A stretch of DNA of 64,000 nucleotides from Tubiluchus corallicola (taxonomy: Eukaryota; Animalia; Priapulida). Location: NCBI GenBank assembly GCA_030141605.1, contig JAQGDQ010000307.1, positions 62,001-126,000 of the forward strand, in the 5' to 3' direction. This document shows, one piece after another, positions 50,623 through 64,000 of the stretch. A model generated the notes under the pieces. That model ran no database searches, was not told the DNA's origin, and saw only the letters and a list, made by a program, of their open reading frames with translations. Made by a program: the position numbers and the translations under genes. Within the stretch, counting starts at the first letter, position 1. Every line of letters begins with the position of its first letter.

Positions 50623-51112
50623 TTAACCCTCTCATACACGCCGAACGCGTGCGCTTAACCCTTGTGCGACCAAAAGAACGCAGAATGGACATGTGTATGG
50701 CACTTCCAATCACTAACTTCTCACCATGTCCTGTAAAGTTCCACACGATTAGTTTTGACTTTTTTTGGTTTGGATTCCCCTAGTTTCATGGCCTCTAGCT
50801 TGCACCAAATCAATTTAAATAAATTTTGGATTACGCGCAGACGTGAAAACAGATACCTACCCCAATAAGCATTTTAGCTAATACGCTATGAACTTGTTTT
50901 ACCCTTCGTTTTCTTCCTTTTTAGCTGAGAGTAAGCCTTTCCCATAATGGAGACACGCCTTACAGACTCTCGTGTATAATCGATTTCGCAGAACTAAATC
51001 GGTTACGAAATATTACTCAATTTTATGCTCCTTAAAAGCAACTCTTACACTTTCCGCGACTCTCTAGGTGACGCTCAGCCCAAAGAGGCACTTATAGTGT
51101 GAAAAGGGTTAA
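50623..51112. mobile_element. Possible piggyBac-like non-autonomous element
   Basis: TTAA-CCCT ends at 50623 and 50655 face AAAAGGG-TTAA at 51102-51112; TIR identity beyond about 9 bp is weak. Confidence 0.4.
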
Positions 51113-52565
51113 ATTTTCTCTAAGAGTGTGTGGCTTTTACGCTCGCTTCAAAAACCACAAGAGGTGATTTGCGTTGTGCACGACCACACGATGAACACCC
51201 CTAATATACTTATACTTGCAGGTAGATTTTTAGAGTCACCCAAGATAAATGTAATCTTGCGCAAGAGAATAAGCGGCAAATGTAAGAATAACTTGAAAAC
51301 GTAAAGACATCCAAATAACCATTGAACCAAATTGTAAAGATATTCAAATTTTATTCATTATTACTGTACTTAGATAGTTTGTATTGGATCGAAAGTCGTA
51401 TAGTGTTGATATTTGTTATAGATTAAAATTTCTCTAATTGTAGTTTTTGTCACAGTGATCGATTTTGACCCAAACGCATTGGATTATAAATTTTGAATAC
51501 CACGTAAAGACAGTTTACAGTTTTATAAAAAAACTGACAAATTTTTTTATACACTGTAAAATTTTAAGGTCGGTAAATTTTTATTTTTTAGCAAATAAAT
51601 CACTGTTTAACTACTACAGCCCATGCTTGCGCCAGCAACAGTAGCCAAACAGTACCACCACTCCCCCACATAAATTTTTTTACTAGCTGCACAATGGCGG
51701 CTATTTTCCATATTGCACTTGCTTTCAATTTTCCAACATTTTTTCTCCATTCAAGGCTACTTAGGATCGCAGTGAAAACGGTTTTCTAAATGCGCGAAAC
51801 TCGCACATTGTGTGATTTTGGCAAAGAGTAAATCACAAACTCGTGAATGGACTCGATTCAACAACTTTGCTCTCTGCGGGACGTCACGAAATTGACGGAA
51901 GCAGGGAACCTTTTGACTGCATACAAGCATTTTGTATTCTTCAAGTTTCTCCCGAGGAACCGCTGAAATTTACAAGCAAGGGGTAGTTGGTTTAAAAATT
52001 GAGGGAATGTTTTTAAGTAGCCATGCCAAACTAACCGAATTCATGTTTACAGAATGAGCCAGCTATCGAATTCCTGCAAATACAACGTTGCAACAAGCGA
52101 TAATTGCTTCATTGCTTAAGGAATTAATTTACAGATAACTGCCTACTAATTTCGAACCCTCAAAGTCAGACATAGTTGTACCGGTTTTCTTTTATTACTG
52201 GGATATGAATAGAGAAAAAATTCAGTTTCTTAAAAGCCTTTTTTAACAGGCGCAGACGTTCGTCCACCTGTCGACAGCAGGCTGCACAGCAAGAACATTG
52301 GAAATGATTTGATTGCGTAATTCAAATCATTGTTAAGTCTCTCTCTATTCCACATTCTTTATAGGCAGAAAACATAACTGCAAAACACCTTTACCTTTCC
52401 ATTTTGTAATTACATATTTTCAGCTTTATCACTAAAGAACAATTCTCGTTAGTGCGCAGTATAAATTTTCCTAAAGTTACTAAATGTCTGTTCGTACACA
52501 TCCGGTTACGGTAGCAGAAATTGCGACGCGGAAACGTGGCAAAACGTTCATATTCTTCTTTGAGA

Positions 52566-52798
52566 ACCTGATCGTCCTAAGATTTGAGGTCTAGATTTCG
52601 GAGTGCAACTACACAGTCTTGAGTTCGAGTCTAGCGGCTGCCAAGATATATACCTTACAAGTTACTCGTTTTGCGTGTTGCGGTCTTACTTGTATTGTTG
52701 TATTGTAACTCCCTAAACAGCGTTATTGCTAATGTTGTTTGTTAAATAAACGACGGTTCAGCGACGGTAAATAAATGTTGTCTTTGTCTTTGTCTTTG
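52566..52798 (+). mobile_element. Possible tRNA-derived SINE
   Basis: B-box-like GTTCGAGTC at 52623-52631 followed by gcggctgcca (tRNA 3'-like); degenerate A-box region upstream; ends in AATAAA plus a (TGTCTT)3 tail. Confidence 0.4.
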
Positions 52799-53240
52799 AT
52801 AGTATGGATGGTAACCTTTGATGGCATTGGTTTATGCAGCCAATAGGCTAACATGCATCTTTATTTTTTATTTAGAACAAGGCACTGTTTTTCGCAAAGT
52901 TATTGTGAACACAACATCACTACCGTTGTCGGTACCAATGCAAAAGCAAGTGCGAAAAAATTATTAAAGCGGAAGAAAATGGCTTTTCTTTCTCAAAAAA
53001 ACTTTCCATACAAAGTTATATTACTTAGCATTGCGCTTACCTATCTGAAAAACATAAGTACCCGAAAAAAATCTTAATAATTTAACATGTTCGCGCCAGC
53101 TGGCAATACGTCACCGTTTCATTATCCCAGTGTGCACCAAAAGCGGTGCGGTAACTGGCTCACCAAAAAATATATTAATGATTTTACTGGCAGGACAAAG
53201 TAATTTATACTTTTTGCTTAGTTAACGAAAAGACTGATAT

Positions 53241-53386
53241 GAATGTGCTTTGATTATTTTTTCCAAACTTTACGCAATGTTACCTAAACTTGTTTCAAAC
53301 GACAAAGTTTTACACAAAATTTTATCATTAAAAAGGGCTGCACCTAACGGTTGTTGCGGGAGTTTAAATTTTCAAGTTTTACACAG
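53241..53386 (+). repeat. Copy 3 of the dispersed ~125-bp repeat
   Basis: gaatg..tgattattttttccaaacttt..taaacttgtttcaaa..cacctaacgg..gcgggagtttaaatt..gttttacacag, collinear with 46524-46648 and with the reverse of 11130-11254. Confidence 0.75.
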
Positions 53387-56300
53387 TGTTGTTGTTAATA
53401 CAAGTTATGTGTGCAACAATCGAGCATGTATGTAGGCCTAATGCAAAATCTCGAGACGAATTTTCAGTTAAAGACGTCCTAATCCGCTTTAAGTCTCAAA
53501 ATTTCTCGTGTTTTTTTCAGAAATTTCGTCCGTCCTGTAATTTTAATATTGTACCTCTCTGTAAAGCTCATGAAGTTCGTGAAGGACGACAACTTCTGAA
53601 GAAAAAGAGTTTTTGAGATTAAAGGGCATTCTGACATCTTTTACTGTTCTGACTATGGCAAGTCTCAGAAGAGCACATATTATTTTTTCACATTATTTTA
53701 TTTTTATGCAAGAATTCTGTTTTCTTCCTTTTTAAACTCATTTCGGCTACTAAGCGAGGTACGCGACGTTTTCTGATTCAACTTGCATAGCTACCAACAA
53801 TTGTGAGAATTTAAAAATAATAATTACCCGGCGCTTTGAAAATAACCAGAACAACGCAAATTGAGAGGAAAACAGCATTTAAATGTGTCCTAGAAAACGG
53901 GTCAATGTCCAAAAAATAGTTTCGCGGATATTGCACCCCATCACAGAGAGTTTTTTATTTGTAAAAACTCGTTTCTGACAGATTTTAACTCGTTGTTAGG
54001 AACGGATGGATGAAGATGAAGGGTTATCTGAAAACACTTATCTAGAGGCACATTCTACCTTTTCAAAAACAAATAGCATATGCCCTTGTAATATACATGC
54101 CATAGACCTGTAGACGCGAATGCACATAGTTGACAATTGTGTATAGTATTGTAATGGTGATCGTTAGGCCATTCTATTATTGTGTACTGTGGCTCTACAA
54201 CCGCTTTTTCTTGCATTCAGGTTTCATAATTAGAAAATTTTTATACTGTAACATAACCTATAGCAGTAAAAAGATAATAAATTAGCAAATGGCGTTTTAG
54301 GCGTCTGACATGAGATATCTATACTGTAGAGGATACAACTGTTGTTCGGCTTTCCTGGTTTAAGTTTTTCGTATCATCTTATGCTTTATGTCTTACTTAC
54401 TAAATGTTATGCATGGTGCATCTAAGGCCGAAGCTGACTCCATGTAATAGCAAACGAGACAACATATAAACCCTACAAAAATGTCTAGAACAACTTTAAG
54501 CTAAACCGTCACGACCTATTCTCAAAATCATCGCCTATCATGCTTCATGTCCTGAATATGCGAAATCCCGGGCTGTAAAAACACGGACTAAATGTCATTA
54601 ACTCCAAGTCCGTTTTTGTTTACAAGACTTAGTCTGCATGGGAAAGAGGTCGCGACGCTGGAAAAGAAGGGACTGGAAAAGATTTTCATCACCTAAGCTT
54701 GTAAAATGATCCATAGGATGTACGGTTAATAGCGGGATTAGGTAATAAAACGTTAATTAAAAAGCACAAATAAATAAAATAAAAAAAAAAAACAGTGAGT
54801 AAATCAACAAGATTCCAGTGCGAAGCAGATTATTGATGAACGCTTTGGACCATCAATTTGATTTCTGGTGGATGTAGTGCTTATTGATGAATGACGACTA
54901 CCCTCGACGGGTTACGTTTTAAACATAATTAGAGTTGTTGAAGCATCAAACATCTGAGAAAATACTACCAGAAACGAATTTATCTAAACAAAAAATGCTA
55001 AGTGATAAAACTTGTTATCCCAACAATAATACAATTATTATTATTATTACACTCAGCAGAATAACGAACTTGAACAGTGAAAATTAAAAATCACTGAATC
55101 ACTTGATATTGAATTATTGAACCATTTGGTTTAAACGAGTAAAATCTATAACATCAACTGCAACGCCAACCGATAGACTGCATGTAATAAATAAGAACTT
55201 TTAACACTTTTATAATTTTTTTATTTTCAAAGTGTAAATCGATTTTTATTAGCTAAACGTTTGTATTTTGATGTTTGTATATATGTTTCTTTGTTTTCTG
55301 GCGCAGATTTTTGTAACTTCTGTCAACTTTGACAACGTAACGAGACCACGTTTCGTGAAAACATTTACGCCCAAGTGCTCGTAAAAAGGTGAATACTTCG
55401 TGAGAAAGGCTGCTAACTGCAGGCACGTGGTTACAACAATGTCCTGCTGCAGGAATCAATCCTTGAATTTTCCAGAAGAGCTGCTGTTAGAGAGCGAGTT
55501 AGTAATCAGTGAACGAATGTTTAATGCATTCACTGCCGCATAAGTCACACGGAGTGACAGCTGCTGTTTAATGACAAGCAGTGTGTCGCTCATGCCTCTT
55601 GATTATATTACCTTGTAAAATTCTAATCAGCTTCGAAAACCTGTACAGGTGGACACTTGCCTGCAAAATGTGTGGTAGTCAAGTCTTAACACAATTAAGA
55701 AAAATTGTTATTAATAAAGAATAAAATTTCTCGAAAAATACGTAAAATATTATTACAAAGAAAAACTAAAAGGACAAATAAACTCGGTACATTTCAATAT
55801 TAACAGACAATAATTAGGCGATAAAAACACAAACAACACCGTTTTTAATAAAAGTTGAAAATAAGTAAACACACAAACGACAGAAATTTGCGGTACAAAC
55901 AGAAAATTACAGAAAATTGTTTTGATTTTAACAGTCGCAGTCATAATCATAGTATAGTAGCAGTAGTAGCAGATTCAGCGCTGCAAATAGGACCGTGGGT
56001 CATGGGTCGTAATTCACTTGTGTCATTATTTTCTGATATGTCACATGGGTGCGGGTCTGAATATGACTTAAGTGACCCAACAAAAATGGCACAGTTATAT
56101 TTTCTTCAAAAAAACTAATACCTACAGAATCACCATAGAAGTAAAGCCATGTTAATTTTATGAGTTCAATTTTTAACAGACACTTTTAGGACGAAGCAGA
56201 GACTTACAAAAAGATTATTAACACAAAGTATAAAACCAGCAGGGCAAAAAATAATCAAAAAATGAAATGACAGTGCAGTGTATAATAAAATTAGTATATA

Positions 56301-59300
56301 AACCAAAATTTTCTAAAAATTATAAATCCCCTTTTCTAGTGTAGCTATAACCGTAGTTAGAATATAGTACTACAGTTTATAGTCTAGCAATATAGACTAG
56401 CATTATAGCGTAGTTATAATACTATTTTCTTTGTCTTTTTGGTGAAATGACCTTCACTGAGTGTTTACTTGTTTTTAACTGTGGGTGTTTAAAAACTCCA
56501 TTAACTCCTAACGAAGAACTTGCACTAAGAATTGTTATAGAACCTACTATGGAAGCTTTAAATGTAAACAAAATAGATAAGCTTACGTTTGACTTTTTTC
56601 AACGTTGTGCGATTAACTTTTTTTCTAAAGGACTGTAGGGCTTAATCCCTTACAGTTAATGGAGCTTATACAGTTGAAATCAAGCAAAGGTTAACTTTCC
56701 TGGATAACAAACAAACAAAAAGTACTTCAAGTAACATGCATGACTAGCAAGGCAGGTGGTACATGGTTTAACCAAACAAGGCAATAAAACATTTAAATTA
56801 ACTCTAAAAGCTGAAATGGGTGAGCCGTTGAAGAGAACAGGGTATGTTATCACAGAGACATAAAACAGTACTTTTTAAGCTTGAAAAGCATCTCTTATAC
56901 AAGTCAGATAGGAAGTACTTCAAATAACTTTTCACGCAGTCCTTTAATTATCAAGCAGAAACCATAAGTTTTAGTAAAATGTATTGGCTACAAAAATATT
57001 GTAGCAGAAAAGAATCATGTTTAGGCGATATTATAAAACTTTTTTATGTGTGAACAACTATAGTTAAGTAATTACTATAAAGTGTGGATATCATACAAAA
57101 GGACGCAATTTTAGTGTAGAAAAATTACCAAATTTCCGTAGATATAAAAAAGTTTGATGAATCATCAGAGCAGTCTGCCGTAGCATCATGAAAAATAGTA
57201 ATCGGTATAATTATTTTATCATGTCATGCACATGACAGTTGGTAGGCCTGTTTGTATTAGATCACTCCTAAGTCCTTTGTTATATTTGCCAAACCGTGCA
57301 CAAAGTATAATACAACCACAAAGTATTGAATTTCCAAAAAATTGTCAAACTACACACAGTGTTGGAAAGATTACTTGCATGGCGTAACCGCCATAACCCA
57401 GTAACGTTGCGTGCGTAAGTGAGTATCCCTAATTATTGCAATCGCACAAACGTATGCGACAGGTGAAACCAGAATGCATATGTATATGCATCTATAATGC
57501 CGCTAATTGCTTGTCATTCATCACCAGGTGACAGGGATAGCATAAGCGTAACTTGGCTCACTCACGTATAAAATATAGGCACTACAAAATGAAAGACAAG
57601 AGATGTGTATATGTAAATATATAACGTAAATTCGGACAGCCTAAAACTGCGTTAAGGGGCCAGAAAAAAGCTTTTTACATCCAATGAAGCTACGAAATCA
57701 GCAGATATCAGCAAACACTAAAACAAAAACAGAAAAATGGCCTAATTCATTAAGAGAAAATACACCTTGCATGGTAATGAGATTTAATAGCAGAGATATC
57801 TGAGCCAATATAAACAAAATTTAAACACTACAGTATAGAACTATAAGAAAATAGGTCATTACGACCTAGATTTCAAGTGTTTCCGCTTAAAATGCTTTAC
57901 GCTTGTTTCCTAAACGTTCAGTATTTAATTTCATGCAACAACAACGACAGCACTTAAAACGCCATGGCATGTGGGGATACTACATGACCTCTTTTCTTAC
58001 CTTATCGTTTAAATGTCAAGTGAGTGATTCCTTCCATAACTCCACATTAACTACATGTATGATGATAGGCACGTACCTTATTACTTTTGGCAAAGGTCCA
58101 GTAAGTAAACCTAATGACGAAATGACGAGCGAACAATTGGCGGCATCTAGCGACAAGAACTGGTATGAACACTGGGCATACCAAGCCTGAATTACTTGTG
58201 TGTTGATGTTTGGTGGACCCACAGTTTATAGGTGCACCACGCAAATGGGGTCATTATCTATTTAATACACGTGCACTTAGTAATTTGTTCAATCTTATAA
58301 GCTTTTTACACTTTAACGGAATCTGTCTCAGTGCTGTTTCAGGTATTAAGTGGCCACCAAACCGCAAACCGAAACACACGAAGAGACTAATATTAAACTG
58401 GCTCAAGTAGACAAGCACCACAAACTGGCTCCAAATGCAACACTAACAGTATGGTAACTTCGCTGGCAAAACTCATTTTGTATAATTTCATTGAACTGAT
58501 TTTTAGTTTTCAATTTTATTGATCGATCTTTAGTTTTTATACACCCAAAGGCCAAGGCTATAGAAACCATACTTACAATGTGCAACAGCAACCTAAATAG
58601 TTCTTTTACAAACAGTGACACACCATGAATCATAATCAATTAATCCTTCATTTACAATTTCACATGATCAAAAATAAAAATCGTTCTCTCTCATCAATCC
58701 ATTCAACTGGAACTAGGCAGCCGCTTGTTATGTTACCATCAATGCCAGATGTCATGACGCCAATGCTGCACCAATAAGACTGTGGTAAGTCAGAAAATTT
58801 AGCATAGCTGACCAAGAAACACCAGGTACCGTTTTTACATTTGAAATGACTAGACCATGAAAGTGAAGCCTTGTACCTGAATAGTGAACAGAAAATTCTG
58901 TTTCACCAGCTTCTTTATGTAGAGCACTATTAGATCACTGATACATATTTGTTTATAAGAATACACACTTTCTACAGTAGCTTGCATAATTACAATTTTA
59001 TTGAATTATCACAGTCAGGATTTCACAAAAATACAACGAAGTATTGGTAGCTGTGCCTGTTACCTTCTTTTGACAAAAGTTTACATTTTGTATGTTGCAT
59101 ATGCATGAAATAAGATCATATAAGTTCCTCAACACATTCAGTTCTCATAATGCAAATGCAAAATGACTGATAAGTCCAACAACATGACCACAGTCAGTAT
59201 TTTTATTGACTCTTCACGGTACATCAATCCCTAGATAAATTGCTTCTTCTTTAAAGTCACAGGCTATGCCAAAAGTTAGCATTTGATAATTTTTACAATA

Positions 59301-59452
59301 ACTGACACTGATGACAGCTGCTGTTAGCTTACACAGAAAGGCTTTAAACGTCATCTGCATAAATTAAGTCACTTTCAGCAAACTCAGAATCTGAAGAATT
59401 TAAAATTAATATGAGTACCACACATTAACTATGCATGTGCCTCACAAACTTT

Positions 59453-62400
59453 TTAAACACCAAAAAAATCATTAATTGCATTGATAAGATCCGCTTTCTT
59501 TCCCGTTGCATTAATATTGCTCGTTTTACAGAAGTCTTTCAAAACAGGAACGGTCAATCTGCCCAACTGTAACAAAATCGCCAGATAATTAGTTGCTAAT
59601 TCTTTAATAACGATGCTAATTATATCAATTAGTTGCACTGTGCCAAATTTTGAAAAAAGACAAATAACATTCTCAAAGATTTTGCAAATTAGCACCAATA
59701 CTTGGAAATCTTTAGCATCTGAGCAATTTTGTGTAGCATCAAAACAAACAAAATAAAAAACAGTCTAATATGTGATGTTTTAAAGTAGCAAATACCAAAA
59801 CCAAAGTGCTATTAATTACCCGTAAATTTCAAAATTTATGGAAGGCCAATCTGGAAATTATCGTTCCTTGAAGCAAGAATCCACTGTCATGCTTATACAT
59901 TCAAAGAGTACTCTCACTAAAATACTTGGGCAAAAAAGGTAGTGGCGTTAAGCTTATTATATTTATTAAATATTTGTTTTTACCAACTGAGCACAATAAA
60001 AGAACACCAATTCTTTAATAAGCAAAAAAACCACTTCATCTCTATCAATTCAAGGGCATATCGGCTCAACTATGGGGCCTTTGAATTGACATCCAATTAA
60101 TGTGTAAAAAGTAGATTATTTCTTAAACTGCTTGATAACATAAATAAGGTTAATTTAAACAATTTTTTCACTTACTCGTCCTGCCCGAGCCTCGCTCCTA
60201 ATATCAACAGCTGTATCAGGTTTTGATTTCTTTGCTGCACTGTGTGCATCACCACCAGCCTATGTTCAATAAAGAAAAGACTTAAAAACACACCATAGCA
60301 ATTCATAACTAAGCAGTCTCATGCATACTCACAACTGAGTTGTCTTGTTCCATTTATTGATCGTAGTAGTCTTCTTTCTATATAAGGAGAGTGTGTACAA
60401 ATTCAAACACAGCTAAGACACTTGGTTCAGTTGCACCTTAAGTGGTTCATCTTCGTGAGCTATCCTTTCCTTAAAGCTGCGAATATTTCACTACATAATG
60501 AATAATAATATTACTGGAGTACAATTTATATTTAAACTCTTCATACCATGCAAGGACTGAAAATTGCTACACAAATAAACAAATAAATAAAATGAAACAA
60601 ATGTGTTATTTGATTTTGAGTACACTAGACAAAGCAAAAGTTATTACTACTATGTATATGGAAACTGAAAAAGTGGTTACAAATTTAGATATTGAAAAAA
60701 CAAAATAGGTTAAACAACTTGAAAATGACAACTCAAGAACGACATCCAGACCAACAAATGCAGTTATGTTGCAGAACACTGAGTGAAGTTGGAATTAGTG
60801 TGTGTTAGAGAGGGTGTCTACTAACAGACCTGTTACACTAACGATTAACACATAACACACACCACTGCCACCTAGACACGGTGTTAACACCCTGTAAACC
60901 CGTGTTAGTATAACAGATCTGTCAACAAGTCTGTGCACAACAGATGCTGTTACATATTATGTCAGACTTATTATGTCAGACTATTAGCTGTAGTTAGAGC
61001 AGATCTGTTAGCTTTGTTTTATACTAAATTTATTTCTTAAGTGCCCACACGAGCTCTGTTATATAGACTGTTTAACTTTCAATCAGTAAGTGATTACACA
61101 AAGTTGAGGTGTGAAATAGATCTGTTAACTGATTGAAAATGGATTTGTCAACTTTATTTTTCACTGTTTATTTTACGTGGCAACCAGCACTATATAACGG
61201 ATCTGTTAAGAGATCTATTAATATGCGATGTAACACACCTGCCTTAATATGAGCTAAACATCTGAGCTCAGATTAAGGGCCCTAGGGTAGATCCGTTAAC
61301 AGAACAGTAACACTAAAACTAACACTTCAATGTACACGAGTTCTGGCTACACTCATTGGCTTCAAAGGTAATTCATTCAAAAAATAGCAAATTGCAATTC
61401 TTCCATTAAAAATCTTGCTAAGATACTTGCTAATTGAAACCTACACGTTTCTTAGCAGCAGCATCAGGATTAAATCCGTCTGGAAATACCATGTCCTTAA
61501 ATTGTGCAATTCTTTCACCTAGTCTATGGTCCATAGCCTCGACATCGGGTACTAAAATACAAGAGTAAGTATGAAAGGATTTACTCAAAAAATATGAACA
61601 ACAAATAAAGTTAATAAATGTGTAATAACCTGATTTTTGCAAACCTGCTGTGGCCAGAAAAAAATGAAACTAGGCTGGAGCCAGACATCAGAAATTCAGT
61701 ATTTGGATAACCAGTCCAGATCTCTAAAGTACACAGTTACAATTTACTATTTCGTTTGCTTTTTTTGAAACATTGTCCATTAAAAATGGTTAACTTCAGT
61801 ACACTTTTTTAAACTTTGAAAGCAGTTATCTTGTCCCTTCCCATGTCATCAAGACAAATCCTAATTCATTCCCAGTAGCTTGCCAAGTCCATAGGCTTTT
61901 GATTCAAATTTAGATGATTCAAAATTTTTCCACATCTTTTTTATCCGTGCCTGGTTACAAATATTTACTATAGTGGATTCATGGATTAACAGGTGACGCA
62001 AATTTAGCTATTCAAAATCACCAAGGCATCAGATATATTTCACGATTAAAACATATCACACTTTCTCAAATTTGAGTATGTTTGCATAGACAAGTTAAAA
62101 GTCTTAGCAAAGGTAAAACATGCATTTTAGAGCATTTTATTTACAGCATTATTACATTATAACAAAATGCCAGTATTGATCATGCAAAGCATAATTATTA
62201 TATTATGTAACAATATGACATTCTTTAAAAAAATACTGACCAATTACCATATGCTGCTATTGTATATGACATGTACTTACTATTATTCACATGAGTATAC
62301 ATCACCCACACTTTCATGTATTCACACAATTATTAAATGAACTATATAAACCTTAGCTTTGAATGATTTGCGCAAACTGTTTGGGTAAAGCTCAGCTCAG

Positions 62401-63947
62401 CTGTAGAACATTGTATTCAATTCCTGATTAGAGAGACTCCAAATATTTCTTTGTCAGTCTGATGAATATAAATGGTATTAGAATCTTTGAAGTAGCAGAC
62501 ATCAAGTTTTTCTTCTGTGTCTTTTATAAGTATGTGCCTAAACTTCATGTCTTTACTTACATGTATAATCCACAAAATCTTCTGGTGCATCCCTGTCTAA
62601 AGCAAGTGCCTCAATGTTGCGCCAGTGTTTCTGCAGTACTAAAAAATGAATCAAATATAAATAGCCTGTCAAATTCGAAGCTGAGTCCTCTACATTGTGG
62701 CACTTGACATTGTGCATGTTAAATTTAATAAAATTTTTCTAGTGTTTTGGTCAGGATTCTCACAATAAAAGCTAGACAAAAAATGACTGATTGCTGAAAA
62801 ATTGACTGTAGAAAACAGAAAAATTTGTATAGTACTACTTTTGCATGACTAATGCTAAGTTGCCAGCAAAGTTATGTACTTAATTATAATATGGAAAACA
62901 AATGGTGTGTAAGGCTTTTACCCATAAAGGGAAATTTTTTTATAAAATCTTGAGCTGCAAAATTCAAATCCATTAAAAAACAATAAGTTTTATTATTAAT
63001 TTTATGAGCACAATGTAAATGATCTGCAATATTCTAATATTTTTTTACTATATAGGCAAAATAGCTGAATAAATGTAGGAATCACACATTCTCACAAATT
63101 TTTCTGAAAAAAACTTCTATAGCCAGAATTTACAGCAAAAATGCACAAAAGACGAAAAAGGTCAAATCTACCATGGTATTAAAAAAGGTAACAAAACTTA
63201 CCTGGATTCTCAAAAGATTCTGGGCTATACTTGATTTTCAGCTTTTTCACGATTTCCTTGGCTTTGTTGATTTGATCCTGGTTTGCTGTAAAGAACGAAA
63301 GACTTTTCATTTTCTCAAGAACAACTTAGTAATTAATAGCAGCTATTACAAAGGTCCAATAAGCAATACAAATGATAAAACCAATTTGCAGCAAAAAATA
63401 GAAGGTGTTTTAAGCTTCTGCAACAGGACAATCACATACCAAAATGAAGACCATGCCACTATAAATTTATAGGAAAGAGTTTTTGTTCTTATACTGTTAA
63501 ATACATGTTTTCACTTCAACAGAAAGAAAGAACTGGACCGCAGGCCTAACCTTCATTTTGAAAATAAAATACTTTTAAATATTTCTAAAAACTATTGGCT
63601 GGAAAGTGAAAAGGTGCAAATAGCTAAACAATAAACCTAGAAAGCATTTAATACAATATTAAATAATAATGTATTAATAATATTAAATAATATTATTAAT
63701 AAATAATAATGTATTAATAATATTCATATTCATGTGGCATCCATATATGATGTGCCAGGTGTGCTCACTTTGTGAAGTAAACTACACACCTTGAATTACA
63801 AGCAGAACAACTTGGGAAATGATTATAATTACCTTTAGCATAGTCACTAGGATACTGCAGTTTACGCATGTCATCTGCGAAGGGTAAAAAGATCACATGA
63901 AATCCAGGCGGAGTTATTTGTATATTATGATCATCTACTTCTTCTTG
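59453..63947 (-). CDS. XRCC6: Ku70 (X-ray repair cross-complementing 6), 3' six exons; gene continues beyond the window end
   Basis: Exons 63833-63947 ([29 protein letters not shown]), 63202-63285 (..[17 protein letters not shown]), 62561-62638 ([14 protein letters not shown]), 61445-61551 ([23 protein letters not shown]), 60176-60259, 59453-59566 (SAP domain [24 protein letters not shown]). GT-AG and phase-consistent. Confidence 0.96.
60765..61352. repeat. Foldback/MITE-like element built from palindromic AACAGATCTGTT motifs, in a Ku70 intron
   Basis: About 8 variants of AACAGATCTGTT (about 60823, 60912, 60939, 60999, 61116, 61196, 61209, 61287) plus many TGTTA/TAACA; weak terminal inverted similarity tgttgcagaac / gttctggctaca. 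Confidence 0.55.
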
Positions 63948-64000
63948 CTAAAAGGCGATACCAATAAGAATAATAAAAAATTATTACTAATTACCCCTGG

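Noticed and set aside
1-64000. CRISPR arrays, rRNA, intact tRNA genes, prokaryotic operons or defence systems
   Set aside because: None seen; the window is intron-containing animal DNA and its repeats lack a repeat-spacer structure.

Overview
AT-rich genomic DNA of an invertebrate animal (spliceosomal GT-AG introns; the species cannot be named from sequence alone). Seven protein-coding genes can be reconstructed by hand. Left to right: the 5' part of a secreted alpha-carbonic anhydrase (-, runs off the left edge); a complete 9-exon NEMP1/TMEM194 (-); two adjacent intronless + strand genes, USP14 and ketohexokinase; a complete 9-exon NOSIP (+); a five-finger C2H2 gene with Kruppel (Kr) hallmark residues (-); and the 3' part of Ku70/XRCC6 (-, runs off the right edge). 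Between them lie LINE remnants (RTE-like and CR1/L2-like, some nested), hAT and PIF/Harbinger-type MITEs with TSDs, and degenerate dispersed repeats. The observations most worth following up: (1) clustered nuclear-receptor response elements (a near-perfect IR-1 plus two similar DR-4s) 2-3.6 kb upstream of the Kr-like gene; (2) an odd dual-ATG start of that gene, where an acidic reading frame either ends as an overlapping uORF or rejoins the main ORF through a possible 61-nt intron; (3) the intronless USP14-KHK pair, both preceded by AG|AAA ATG, among intron-rich neighbours; (4) a 25-bp G.U-containing hairpin in the first Kr intron. Exon coordinates and translations were read by eye and protein names rest on remembered family motifs; no database search was run.
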